64,000 bases of DNA from Vicinamibacterales bacterium (GCA_050185275.1 JBFWZN010000005.1:131344-195343), one strand, 5' to 3'. Shown: positions 40,933-50,087, numbered from the stretch's first letter. The notes: generated by a model from the letters alone, not told the origin. Numbers and translations are program-made.

Positions 40933-41040
40933 CTCCACAGGGCGGCCAGCCTCCACAGGGCCAGCCTCCACAGGGCCAGCCTTCCTAGGGCCAGCCTTCC
41001 TAGGGCCAGCCTCCGTAGTGCCGGCCTCCATCGTGCCGGC
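40933..41040. repeat. Tandem repeat, 7 units of 15 bp (first unit 18 bp): consensus CTCCACAGGGCCAGC
   Basis: Read directly: ctccacagggcggccagc / ctccacagggccagc x2 / cttcctagggccagc x2 / ctccgtagtgccggc / ctccatcgtgccggc. It is intergenic, between cyaY and the 41262 gene. Confidence 0.9.
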
Positions 41041-41261
41041 CCTCCAGCGCGCCACGCGCAGGGAACAGGCGGCGTAGGCGAAACAAGCCACGCGATGCGT
41101 CCCCTAATGCGGACACACACGGAGGGCTCGCTGTGGACAACGGAGGGATCCCGTGGTCATGCGCCCGGAAATCACGTGCCTCGCAGCAGGTCGAGCCCGC
41201 TGACGTACGTGGCGTGACGTTTGCTCAGCGACGTGCCAGCCTGCCATCGAGGAGACAGACC

Positions 41262-41900
41262 ATGCGACGAGCACATGCACGAAACCTTCTGCTTGCGGGC
41301 GTGGCCTGTGTCGCGCTGCTCGCGCCCACCGTCAGCACGGCGGCGCCTGGAGACAGAAACGACCGGCAACGGGGGCGCAACACGCAGGGCGTCGCCCGCC
41401 AGGCCTACGCCGCAGGGTATCAGGCAGGCCTGCGGGAGGGCCTGCAACGAGGCCGGCGCGCCATCGGCGACAGGAACTGGTCGAATGCCCGCCGCCCCGA
41501 CATCCGGATCGACGCCCGCTACAGGAACGGACGCGACCGCGACGACTTCAGGCGCGGCTTCGGCGAGGGATACGATGCCGGCTTCGCGCGCGTGCGGGCG
41601 GCGTGGGGACGTCCCGGATTCCAGGTGGGCATCGTCGTGGGGAATGGCCCGCGTGCAGCGGGCCGGCGCGCCATCGGCGAGCCCGCCTTCGCCAGGGGCT
41701 TTGCGGATGGCTACGAGCGCGGCCTCGACGACGGCGACGACGGCGACCGCTACGACCCGGTCCGCCACCGCGACTACCGGCAGGCGAACGATGGCTACTT
41801 CCGCGAATATGGGCCCCAGGACGCCTATCGCGCCAACTACCGCGCCGGCTTCAGCGAGGGGTACGAATCGGGCTACCGCGACGGCAGGCGACGCTGGTAG
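41262..41900 (+). CDS. Secreted Arg/Gly/Asp/Tyr-rich protein with four internal repeats (hypothetical)
   Basis: GGAGA lies 6 nt upstream of ATG 41262. The signal peptide is MRRAHARNLLLAGVACVALLAPTVSTAAP. The repeats are AYAAGYQAGLREG / FRRGFGEGYDAGF / FARGFADGYERGL / YRAGFSEGYESGY. Confidence 0.6.
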   Translation: MRRAHARNLLLAGVACVALLAPTVSTAAPGDRNDRQRGRNTQGVARQAYAAGYQAGLREGLQRGRRAIGDRNWSNARRPDIRIDARYRNGRDRDDFRRGFGEGYDAGFARVRAAWGRPGFQVGIVVGNGPRAAGRRAIGEPAFARGFADGYERGLDDGDDGDRYDPVRHRDYRQANDGYFREYGPQDAYRANYRAGFSEGYESGYRDGRRRW

Positions 41901-42111
41901 CGGGCTCTCAGCCGACACCCCCGGGCACCGTTGACCCCGGGCTGTTGCTGCCGCCGGTGGCGCACGGGAGAGACGACAGGCAAGGGGCAGGGAGCCTGCC
42001 GGGACGCAGATGCCGGGACGCGGAGCGTCTACTGTTACGGCGGATCCCGGCGGGCTCCGTATCGAGTGGGGCGCCTGATGGCCGGAGCCGGGTCAAGAGG
42101 GCTCCGGCGCT

Positions 42112-42139
42112 TTACTCCTCGAAGGGCTTTCAGTAGAAT
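42112..42139 (+). promoter_or_regulatory. Candidate sigma-70-type promoter for tRNA-Glu (TTACTC-16 nt-TAGAAT)
   Basis: Hexamers read at 42112-42117 and 42134-42139. The -10 ends 22 nt before the mature tRNA 5' end. Confidence 0.35.
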
Positions 42140-42161
42140 TGGTGGTTCACGCCCCCCAAGT

Positions 42162-42236
42162 GCCGGTATCGTCTAGGGGTTAGGACACGTGGTTCTCAGC
42201 CACGGGACCGGGGTTCGAATCCCCGTACCGGTACCA
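42162..42236 (+). tRNA. tRNA-Glu: tRNA-Glu (anticodon CUC), CCA encoded
   Basis: Hand-folded cloverleaf. The acceptor is gccggta/taccggt (G1:U72) and the D arm is gtct-aggggtta-ggac. The anticodon stem cgtgg/ccacg carries loop ttCTCag, and the T arm is cgggg-ttcgaat-ccccg. The discriminator is A, followed by CCA. Confidence 0.88.
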
Positions 42237-42383
42237 AGCTCTTCCCACCTCGTTGTGCGTCCGCAGGGATCACTCCGGCGATTGGCCGCACGCCGGGCGG
42301 TTCGTGCCACAATCCCCGACCAGACTCGCTGAAATCATCCGCTCGCGGAGCCATGCGGCACCCCACGGGAGATCCCTGCAGCC

Positions 42384-42962
42384 ATGGACGTCGCGCCCGC
42401 CAGCCAGACGCACGGCACCGTCACCTCGAGCCCGGGCGCCGAGTACACCAGCGTCGCCAAGTGGTTCCACTGGCTGACGGTCCCAGCCCTCGGCATCGCC
42501 CTGCTGTCGGGCATGACGATCCGGTTCATCGTGGACGACACGAAGATGGCGTTCTACGCGCTGCACGAGAGCCTCGGGCTGCTGCTGCTCGCGCTGGGGG
42601 TGCTCAGGCTGGGGTGGCGGCTCCGGCACCCGCCGCCTCCCCTCGCCGCGCACCTGCCGCGTGCCATCCGCCTCGTGGCCGACGGCGTGCATCTGGCGCT
42701 GTACACCCTGCTCATCGTGCAACCCGTGCTCGGCTTCTTCACGACCAACGCCTACGGCTTCCCGCAACAGGGGGACACGGCATTCCTGGGGTTGATCGAT
42801 CTACCGGCGTTCATGGACGCACGGCCAGACCTCGCCCTGCAGCTGCACTGGGGGCACAGCATCCTGGGCTGGCTGCTGGCGGTACTCATTGGCGTCCATG
42901 TGGCTGGCACCGTCTACCACCACGCGTGGCAGAAGGACGGCACGCTGCTGCGGATGCTGTAG
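42384..42962 (+). CDS. Cytochrome b561 family protein
   Basis: Four TM helices with conserved His residues: KWFHWLT, ALHESLG, HLALY and GVHVAGTVYHH. Confidence 0.85.
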   Translation: MDVAPASQTHGTVTSSPGAEYTSVAKWFHWLTVPALGIALLSGMTIRFIVDDTKMAFYALHESLGLLLLALGVLRLGWRLRHPPPPLAAHLPRAIRLVADGVHLALYTLLIVQPVLGFFTTNAYGFPQQGDTAFLGLIDLPAFMDARPDLALQLHWGHSILGWLLAVLIGVHVAGTVYHHAWQKDGTLLRML

Positions 42963-43155
42963 CAGACGACCAGCGTGCTCACGCCGTGTTCGCTTCGGTG
43001 TAGCCCTCCATTCCGGTCCTCCGGCGCGACGCCGTGGGAAAACGATGCTCCAGGGCATTCGGTGGCTTCCCTTGCGCCCCGTGTTCCAGACTGTCGCTGT
43101 CACGCCGTGCGCAAGTCGGACCGGGATGGAGGGCTACACCCCAGCGCGAACGGCG

Positions 43156-45333
43156 CTAGCGAGGCAGCTCGAACACGTAAAGCGCATTCCCGGAAGCCGG
43201 ATGGCGGACGTCGGGTGCGATCAGGCGGGGGACGTTGCGCGGACTGCCACCGCCAATGCCGGTCATGACGGCGACGTACTGCCGTCCATCGGCAGTGAAC
43301 GAGACGGGAAAGCCCTGCACCGACGTCCCGAGCCGGGTCTGCCAGAGGATCTCGCCGGTGCGAACGTCCAGCGCCTTGAACGCGCGGTCCAGGTCGCCGA
43401 CGAACGCCACGTCGCCTGCCGTCGTCAGCACCGACGTCAGGAACGGGGCGCGCTGCTCGTAGCTCCAGACTTCGTTCATCGTGCGCACGTCGTACGCGGC
43501 GAGCTTGCCGATGTTGCCGTCGGTGCCCGGCATCTCGAAGAACCTCCGGTCGCCGGCGGTGCCGCCGGACCCCGCGCGCAGCTCGACCTGTCGTCCCCGG
43601 ATCTCCATGCAGCTCTGGCTGAGGGGAATCACGAGCAGGCCGGCGCCGGGGTGATAGCTCATCGCCTGCCAGTTGTGCCCGCCCTCGGTGCTGGGACACG
43701 CGCTCACCCAGTCGCCCACTTTTGCCTCGAGGATGTCGCCACGGTAGGTCACGGCACCCGTGCGCGGGTCGATCGACTCGAAGACGTTCTGGAAGATCGT
43801 TTCCCGGTGCGCGAGGAACGCGCCCGTCTCGCGATCGAGCTTCCACAGGATGCCGGGCTTGCCGATGGTGAACAGGAGCTTGCGGTCGTCCACGTCCACC
43901 AGCACCCGCTCGAACACCTCATCGAGGTCGAGCGCCTCCCCGGGCGCGTGCTGATAGTGCCACCGGAGCTGGCCGGTGTCGGCGTCGAGCGCGACGGTCG
44001 AGCTCGTGTACAACGCCTTGTCGAGCGCCGACATGCCGCGGCTCGCGGGAACCCATGGCTTCGCCTGGGCCGTGCCCCAGTAGGTGAGGTTCAGTTCGGG
44101 ATCGAACGAGCCGACGATCCAGGCCTCGCCACCAGCCCGGAGGTGGTCCGGCTGCGCGCCCCAGGTGTCGGCGCCCGTCTCGGCCCCCGACGCCACGGTG
44201 TGGAACTTCCAGAGGCGCTCGCCCGTGGCCGCGTCGTAGGCGCTGATGTAGCAGGGCTCGGCGCCGAACCGGTCGCATCCGCCAAGCCCCTGAATCACCT
44301 TGCCGTTGGCCACGATGGACCCAACCGTGGCCGTGTAGTTGCCCGCCGTGGTGTCGGCGACAGGCACGTCCCACACGGTACGCCCCGTGCGCGCCTCGAT
44401 GGCCACGAGCCTTGCGTCGGTCGTGGTGAAGTAGATCCGATCCCCGTAGATTGAAATGTTCCGCATCGAGGCGAGCCCGAGCGCGCGCTCCGGACCGACC
44501 CGGTTCTCCCAGATCAGCTCTCCCGTCCGGCCGTCGAGCGCCTGCAGGACGTTGAGCGGGTTGGTCAGGTAGATGACCCCGTCGTGCACGAGCGGCATCG
44601 TCTGGTTGGAGCCTCCCTCCACCATGTTCCAGACCCAGGCGAGCCGCAGCGCGCCGACGTTCTCCCGTGTGATCTGATCAAGCGGCGAGTGGCTCCAGCC
44701 CTGGTAGGTGCGCCGGGCCATCAGCCAGTCGCCGGCCGGAGGGTTGCGCAGCATCGCATCGGTGACCGGCGTGAAGGCAGGGACCTCGCCGCGCACCGTG
44801 AGACCGGCCGCCGGCGCGGGAGGCGCGACGGCCGCGGGGGCCGGTGATAGCGTCGCGGGGCCGGTAGCCGTCACGCCGACCGCAGGCACCGCCACCGCCT
44901 GATTGGTCGCGGGCGATGCCGCGACGGCCGCGCCAATCGCAATGGTGGAACCGGGCGCCAGGGCCGATGGGCCTGTGCTGGCGCCGTTGGCCTGGAGGAT
45001 GTACGCGGTGATGGCCGTCGCCGTGGCCATGCCCAGCGTCCCCGGCTGGAGCGGGGGCATGGCCCGATCGATGTAGTCGATCAGGGCGCCAGCGGGGCGG
45101 CTCCCCCATTCCGAGAGGAAGTTGACGCCTGCCAGGGCCGGCGCTTCATTGAAGCCTCCAAGGTCGGCACGGTGGCAGCTTGCGCACGACGCGTCATAGG
45201 CCGCCCGCCCCGCAGACGCCTGCGCCGCGGTGAACACGGACCCCTGCGACGTCGGCTGCTGAGCCCGAAGGTTCCAGCCAAGGGTGGCCATCACCAGGGC
45301 AATGGCCACCGCAAGCAGACGGATACGACTCAC
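43156..45333 (-). CDS. PQQ-dependent dehydrogenase (beta-propeller) with N-terminal cytochrome c domain
   Basis: Signal peptide, a CASCH haem-c motif, an Ala/Pro linker, then PQQ-propeller W-repeats ([36 protein letters not shown]). Confidence 0.85.
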   Translation of the reverse strand: MSRIRLLAVAIALVMATLGWNLRAQQPTSQGSVFTAAQASAGRAAYDASCASCHRADLGGFNEAPALAGVNFLSEWGSRPAGALIDYIDRAMPPLQPGTLGMATATAITAYILQANGASTGPSALAPGSTIAIGAAVAASPATNQAVAVPAVGVTATGPATLSPAPAAVAPPAPAAGLTVRGEVPAFTPVTDAMLRNPPAGDWLMARRTYQGWSHSPLDQITRENVGALRLAWVWNMVEGGSNQTMPLVHDGVIYLTNPLNVLQALDGRTGELIWENRVGPERALGLASMRNISIYGDRIYFTTTDARLVAIEARTGRTVWDVPVADTTAGNYTATVGSIVANGKVIQGLGGCDRFGAEPCYISAYDAATGERLWKFHTVASGAETGADTWGAQPDHLRAGGEAWIVGSFDPELNLTYWGTAQAKPWVPASRGMSALDKALYTSSTVALDADTGQLRWHYQHAPGEALDLDEVFERVLVDVDDRKLLFTIGKPGILWKLDRETGAFLAHRETIFQNVFESIDPRTGAVTYRGDILEAKVGDWVSACPSTEGGHNWQAMSYHPGAGLLVIPLSQSCMEIRGRQVELRAGSGGTAGDRRFFEMPGTDGNIGKLAAYDVRTMNEVWSYEQRAPFLTSVLTTAGDVAFVGDLDRAFKALDVRTGEILWQTRLGTSVQGFPVSFTADGRQYVAVMTGIGGGSPRNVPRLIAPDVRHPASGNALYVFELPR

Positions 45334-45779
45334 CGGCGCTCCTTCCGGGGCATCAACCAGCCCCGGAGGTTACCCTCGGGGGCCGCGGTGCTGTGGACCT
45401 GCACGTAGAGACGATTCCGCCGCAGATGCTCGAGCTGCGCGTCGGTCACGGTGAACACGCCCTCCACCGTGCCTGCAGAGGCCTTCGTCACCGAGAGGTC
45501 GAGGAGCGTGGGTCCCCGCAGGCCGGGCGGACCCACGTGGATGTGCGCCTCCGTGGCGGGCCCCTGCAGCCCCTGAAACGTGCCGGTCACGCGCAGCGTA
45601 CGCCCGTCCAGGCGGGCCTCCACCGCCCCCACCCCGGTCGTCGTCGGCTGGAGGGTGGCATCAACGGGCAGGGGCGACAGCCGCGAGGTATAGACCCCGA
45701 CGTCCTGCGGGTACGCCTGGGAGACGCCCAGACACGACGCGAGCACACACCCGGCGAACAGGCGGAGGACAGACAGCAT
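45330..45779 (-). CDS. CHRD-domain protein, secreted
   Basis: Contains [16 protein letters not shown]...[19 protein letters not shown]. The signal peptide is [18 protein letters not shown]. Its stop overlaps the GTG start of the PQQ dehydrogenase (GTGA). Confidence 0.75.
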   Translation of the reverse strand: MLSVLRLFAGCVLASCLGVSQAYPQDVGVYTSRLSPLPVDATLQPTTTGVGAVEARLDGRTLRVTGTFQGLQGPATEAHIHVGPPGLRGPTLLDLSVTKASAGTVEGVFTVTDAQLEHLRRNRLYVQVHSTAAPEGNLRGWLMPRKERR

Positions 45780-46115
45780 GCGCGGCTCCTGAGAGCAGGG
45801 AAAACGCGCCGGAATCATAGCACCCGGCTCTCCCCGCCCCGGGGCCGCGCGGTCCCCCTGACCGGACCGGCGAGTCGGGCTCCTCCAGCATCAGCGGGAT
45901 TGGCGGATGAGCGCGCCACCGCAAGGATGCGCTGGTTTGTGCCCGGGTGCAATCAGCAGGGCTGCCACCCGGATGGCACGCGACAGCGCTGCGCGGTCGG
46001 CCGTGCCCCGCAGCGGGCAGGTGACGGGGTTCGACGGGCAGACTTGCACTCTGCAGCGGTGTCCGCCAGCAACCGATAGACCTGTCAGCACCGCTCCTAT
46101 AGCCGGTTTTTCAGG

Positions 46116-48053
46116 ATGGCATCGGTCACAGACCCTACCAGCACTCCCTCGGGTAAGGCAGCACTCGCGGATACGCACCGCATAGGGGACGTCCTCGTCG
46201 AGGACGGCGCTATTACTGCAGAGCAGCTCAGCAAGCTCCTGCGCGTCCAGGCCCGCCTCGAAGACCACAAGCCCATCGGCCAGCTGGCTATCGAGCTGGG
46301 CATGCTCACCAGGGCGCGGCTCGAGGAAGCCCTGCGGAAGCACCGGCGCGGGCTCTCGATCGAGGGCATTCTCGTCGAGCGCGGGGTCATCCGGGCCGAG
46401 CAGGTCGCTGCGGCGCGTGATGCGCTCAAGGGCAGCGCCAGCGATGTGGCACGGCACCTGGTCGACATCGGAGCGGTGTCCGAGCGTGTCTACCTGCTGG
46501 CCTATTGCGAGCGGCACGGCATGTCGTTCATCGACGTGGAGCCCGGCCTCGTCGATCGGTCGCTGCTCAAGAAGGTCAGCATCAAGTATCTCAGCCGGCA
46601 CCGGATCGTCCCGCTGTCGATCAAGGACGGCCGGCTGAACGTGGTGATCAGCGACGTTGGGCAGAGCGAGCTGGCCGCCGAACTCGAGCGCCTGTACGGC
46701 ACGCCCATCACGTTCTGGGTCAGCGAACGGCACAAGATTGCCTCGACGCTCTCGGCCCTCGAGAACGAGACGGCCGAAGGGCGCATCGCCACGAACCGGC
46801 GCATCGAGTACCGGAACGTCGCACCCGGGGTGACCGACGACGCGGGCGGGGCCGCCGAGATCGTCGAGAGCGTCATCCTGCGCGCCATCCGCGACCGGGC
46901 GAGCGACATCCACTTCGAGCCCGACCCGAGCCGCCTGCGCGTCCGCAACCGGATCGACGGCCAGCTCATTCCGGTAGCAGAGTACCCGGCCAACCTGAGC
47001 GCGGCCATCATCTCGCGCGTCAAGGTGCTGGCCGAGGCGGACATCGCCGAGCACCGGGTACACCAGCAAGGCCGCATTTACATCCGCTGCGACGGCGAAG
47101 ACATCGACCTGCGCGCGTCCTTCTACGTCACCGTCGCCGGCGAGAACGCCGTGCTGCGGATCCTCCGCAAGGGCAGCACGCTGGTGGGCCTCGAGGAGAT
47201 GGGGTTCTCACCCGCCACCCTCACGACGTTCATCCAGGACGTGCTCGAGCCCAACAGCGGCATGCTGCTGGTGACCGGGCCGACGGGCAGCGGCAAGACC
47301 ACCACGCTCTATGCCTCGCTGCAGCGGCTCGTGGACGCCTCGAGCAAGGTGATCACGTGCGAGGACCCCGTGGAGTACGTGGTGGACGGCATCACCCAGT
47401 GTTCCGTCTCGGACCGGCCGGGCATGTCGTTCGTGGACTCGCTCAAGTCCATCGTGCGGCAGGATCCGGACATCATCCTCGTGGGTGAGATCCGCGACGC
47501 CGAGTCGGCCAACATGGCCATCCATTCGGCGCTGACAGGGCACAAGGTGCTCACGACGTTCCACACCGAGGACACCGTGGGAGCGCTCGTGCGGCTGATT
47601 CAGATGGACATCGAGCCGTTCCTGATCTCGTCGACCATCACGGCCATCGTCGGCCAGCGGCTGGTACGCCGTCAGTGCGCCCACTGCCGGGCGGACTACA
47701 CGCCGACCGCCATGGAAGTGCGTGCGCTCGGACTCTCGCGCGACGAACTCGGTGGGTTCAGCCTGACGAAGGGACGAGGATGCCCAGCCTGCCATTACAC
47801 GGGCTACCACGGACGCGTGGGTGTCTATGAACTGCTCGTCATGAACGACCTGCTGCGCGACACGATCCTGCAGAAGCCTGCCGCGCACGAGATCCGGCGC
47901 GTCGCGCAGGAGGCACCCGACTTCGTCTCGCTGCAGGAGGACGGCGTCGCCAAGGCGCTGCGCGGTGAGACGACGCTGTCGGAGATCGCGGCCAACTGCC
48001 CGCGCCGCCCGATGATGCGCCCGCTGCGGCAGCTCATGGAGATGTGCGCGTGA
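46116..48053 (+). CDS. GspE/PilB-family secretion ATPase with repeated MshEN-like N-terminal motifs
   Basis: Walker A GPTGSGKTT, Asp box ITCEDPVEY, Walker B DPDIILVGEIRD, His box LTGHKVLTTFHT, and a tetracysteine CAHC...CPAC. The N-terminus has a T2SSE_N domain preceded by tandem RIGDVLVEDGAITAEQLSKLLRVQ-type motifs. Confidence 0.9.
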   Translation: MASVTDPTSTPSGKAALADTHRIGDVLVEDGAITAEQLSKLLRVQARLEDHKPIGQLAIELGMLTRARLEEALRKHRRGLSIEGILVERGVIRAEQVAAARDALKGSASDVARHLVDIGAVSERVYLLAYCERHGMSFIDVEPGLVDRSLLKKVSIKYLSRHRIVPLSIKDGRLNVVISDVGQSELAAELERLYGTPITFWVSERHKIASTLSALENETAEGRIATNRRIEYRNVAPGVTDDAGGAAEIVESVILRAIRDRASDIHFEPDPSRLRVRNRIDGQLIPVAEYPANLSAAIISRVKVLAEADIAEHRVHQQGRIYIRCDGEDIDLRASFYVTVAGENAVLRILRKGSTLVGLEEMGFSPATLTTFIQDVLEPNSGMLLVTGPTGSGKTTTLYASLQRLVDASSKVITCEDPVEYVVDGITQCSVSDRPGMSFVDSLKSIVRQDPDIILVGEIRDAESANMAIHSALTGHKVLTTFHTEDTVGALVRLIQMDIEPFLISSTITAIVGQRLVRRQCAHCRADYTPTAMEVRALGLSRDELGGFSLTKGRGCPACHYTGYHGRVGVYELLVMNDLLRDTILQKPAAHEIRRVAQEAPDFVSLQEDGVAKALRGETTLSEIAANCPRRPMMRPLRQLMEMCA

Positions 48054-48961
48054 CGAATCCGGCGTCCGCCGTGGCGGGGGGCACCACAGGGCCCGAAGCC
48101 GTGGACCTCGAGCAGGCGCCCCCTGTGGAGCCGTTGGCGGTCCGCGTGGAGCGCCAGATCAAGGAAGGCCGGCTGACCCTGCCGGTCATGCCGGCGGTCG
48201 CGTTGGAGGTCCAGCGGCTCATCGAAGCAGAAGCCGGCATCCCGGCAATAGCCGCCGCAATCGGACGGGATCCGTCGATCGCCGCGGCCGTGGTCAAGTA
48301 CGCCAACTCCGCCATGTACGCCGGCCTGCGTGAAGTGACCGACATCCAGCAGGCCGTGATGCGCCTGGGGCTGCTGCCGGTCCAGCAGGCCGTCACGGCA
48401 CTCTCGGCCCGGTCGCTCTTCGAGCGGGCTGCCCCTGCACATGCCGAGTTCTACAAGCGCATCTGGCGCCATTCCCTGACGACGGCGCTGGCAGCCCGGC
48501 GACTGGCGTCGCGGGTCCGCATCGCGCCGGACACGGCCTTCCTGGCAGGACTGCTCCACGACCTCGGCAAGGTCGTGGTCCTCCAGTCGGCCGCGGGTCT
48601 GCAGGGACGAGCACCGGCCGGTTTTGCCATCGACGACGCGACGGTACTCGAGTTCGTCGAGGCCCTGCACTGCCCGGTGGGTGACATGCTCTTCGAGACG
48701 TGGAAGATCCCGTCGGACCTCCGCGACGTCCTCCGCCGGCATCACGACCCCTCGTTGAGCGGCGTGGGCGACATGCTCGTCGCCGTGGTACAGATGGCCG
48801 ACTTGCTCGCGGCCAAGGTGGGGGCGAGCCTCCACCCTGACCCCGAGCTTTCACTTGTCGATTGCCCCGCAGCGGCTCTCCTCCGCCTCGACGACGTGAA
48901 GCTGGCCAGCCTGCTCGTGGACCTCGAGGACGACCTCGAGGCCACACACGACGCGTTCTGA
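48044..48961 (+). CDS. HDOD-domain protein
   Basis: LPVMPAVALEVQRLI, IAAAVVKYANSAMY and LLHDLGKVVVL. The start overlaps the end of the ATPase gene. GTG 48050 would give a GTGA overlap and is an alternative start. Confidence 0.8.
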   Translation: MRVTNPASAVAGGTTGPEAVDLEQAPPVEPLAVRVERQIKEGRLTLPVMPAVALEVQRLIEAEAGIPAIAAAIGRDPSIAAAVVKYANSAMYAGLREVTDIQQAVMRLGLLPVQQAVTALSARSLFERAAPAHAEFYKRIWRHSLTTALAARRLASRVRIAPDTAFLAGLLHDLGKVVVLQSAAGLQGRAPAGFAIDDATVLEFVEALHCPVGDMLFETWKIPSDLRDVLRRHHDPSLSGVGDMLVAVVQMADLLAAKVGASLHPDPELSLVDCPAAALLRLDDVKLASLLVDLEDDLEATHDAF

Positions 48962-48984
48962 CGCGTTCGTGGCGGCGAGGGTCC

Positions 48985-49818
48985 TCAGGCGCGCGCGGTG
49001 AGGCGCCGGCCCAGCGCCACGGCCATCAGGCCCAGGAGCACCAGCCCGGCGGCTGCTGGCTCCGGGACCTTGGCCACGTCCACGAAGAAGCGTCCGGAGT
49101 CCCCGAACCGTCCGGTCCCGTCAACCAGCCTGAACTCGGCGGTGTACGTCCCGCCGGGCGCGCCGGGCGCGACCCAGAACGTAGGCGTTGCCGAGAACAG
49201 CTCGTCTCCCTGGCCAAGCGTCCAGCGATTGCCCGCGGTGAGGTCAGCTGTCGGGGTGTTGCCGAATGCAATGTTGAGCCCGAACGTCGCCGACACCAGT
49301 TCGAGCTGCACCTGGGCACCATCGAAGGGATCGTCCCATCGTCCCGCGGAGCTGTGGTACGTGACGTCGTCCACCCCTGCCAGTGAATGGACGTTTCGCA
49401 TCTCGTAGTTGCCGTACTCGAGATTCTGCGGCCATGCACTGGGCAACCCGGAACGCCAGGTGCCGGCAAAGGCACCGGACCCCTTCTGCAGCTGCACTGG
49501 TGGCAGCAGCGTCCCGACCTCCGGCGTACGGTTGTTCGCGTTGGTGTCGGCGAGCACCGGAGAGGCCGAGGGGCCCGAATACGTGTAGGTGCCGAGGGCG
49601 TGGAAGTGGTCGCCGTGATGGAAGAGCAGCGTCAGGCGGCCATCGTTCGGCTGGTCCGGATAGTCGCCCCCGCCGATCCCGGCTGGCGCCGTGAACGGAG
49701 TGCTGCGGCCATCGAGGCCCACATAGTAGGAGATCGTGTCGGCGCCGGCAGACGCGGCGACGCCGAGCAGGATGGTCAATGCCGTTGCGGTCACACGTGG
49801 TTGCATGGTCCTCGTCAT
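48985..49818 (-). CDS. PEP-CTERM-anchored secreted protein with HHGDHFH histidine cluster
   Basis: Signal peptide. The C-terminus VPEPAAAGLVLLGLMAVALGRR is PEP, then a TM segment, then a basic tail. Confidence 0.8.
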   Translation of the reverse strand: MTRTMQPRVTATALTILLGVAASAGADTISYYVGLDGRSTPFTAPAGIGGGDYPDQPNDGRLTLLFHHGDHFHALGTYTYSGPSASPVLADTNANNRTPEVGTLLPPVQLQKGSGAFAGTWRSGLPSAWPQNLEYGNYEMRNVHSLAGVDDVTYHSSAGRWDDPFDGAQVQLELVSATFGLNIAFGNTPTADLTAGNRWTLGQGDELFSATPTFWVAPGAPGGTYTAEFRLVDGTGRFGDSGRFFVDVAKVPEPAAAGLVLLGLMAVALGRRLTARA

Positions 49819-50087
49819 GGCACAGGCCAGCCGGGCGCCCCCTGGCGCATGGGCTGGTGCGGTTGCGTCGGGTGTCCGCGTGCCAGACCGGCAACGCGAC
49901 AGTCGTCCCGCCAGATGCGTGCATCCTGCGGGCAGGCGCGTGCGGTGGTAAGCGTTTCTCGACGAGCGGGTGCAGGCGGCTCACGGCTGGCGACCTCGCC
50001 GCGACCAGTGGCGCGGCCGCCCCCTCCACGGAGGCGTCCCGGCTCGTGAGGCGCGCGGGTCTGGGGACGATGTGCGGCGTCGCCGGG

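Noticed and set aside
40933-41040. Possibility that the 15-bp repeat array is a CRISPR array.
   Set aside because: The units are directly adjacent with no spacers, are only 15 bp long, and no cas genes are present.
40396-41091. A 231-aa minus-strand ORF starting in the tandem repeat, MEAGTTEAGPRKAGPRKAGPVEAGPVEAG..., which looks like a pentapeptide-repeat protein.
   Set aside because: After the repeat it runs antisense through the whole, well-supported cyaY gene with a nonsense-like composition. The open frame is a by-product of the 15-bp (3n) repeat unit. The repeat itself is reported as a finding.
42162-42236. tRNA-Glu as an integration hotspot or boundary of a genomic island.
   Set aside because: There is no integrase, no direct repeat of the tRNA 3' end and no compositional shift in the flanking genes, which are cytochrome b561 and a PQQ dehydrogenase with the same high G+C.
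43156-45333. Lanthanide-dependent (XoxF/PedH-type) status of the PQQ dehydrogenase, based on a ...LDLDEV... segment.
   Set aside because: I cannot align the DYDG-type lanthanide-coordinating position reliably by eye. The vicinal Cys-Cys pair typical of methanol/ethanol-family enzymes is not evident. The call would need a proper alignment.
45780-46115. The 336-bp leader upstream of the GspE-like gene as a c-di-GMP or other riboswitch, and ORF 45907..46185.
   Set aside because: Only short generic hairpins are visible, and I saw no match to the GEMM-I, GEMM-II or B12-box consensus as I remember them. The ORF overlaps the ATPase start and has a nonsense-like composition. A covariance-model scan would be needed to revisit this.
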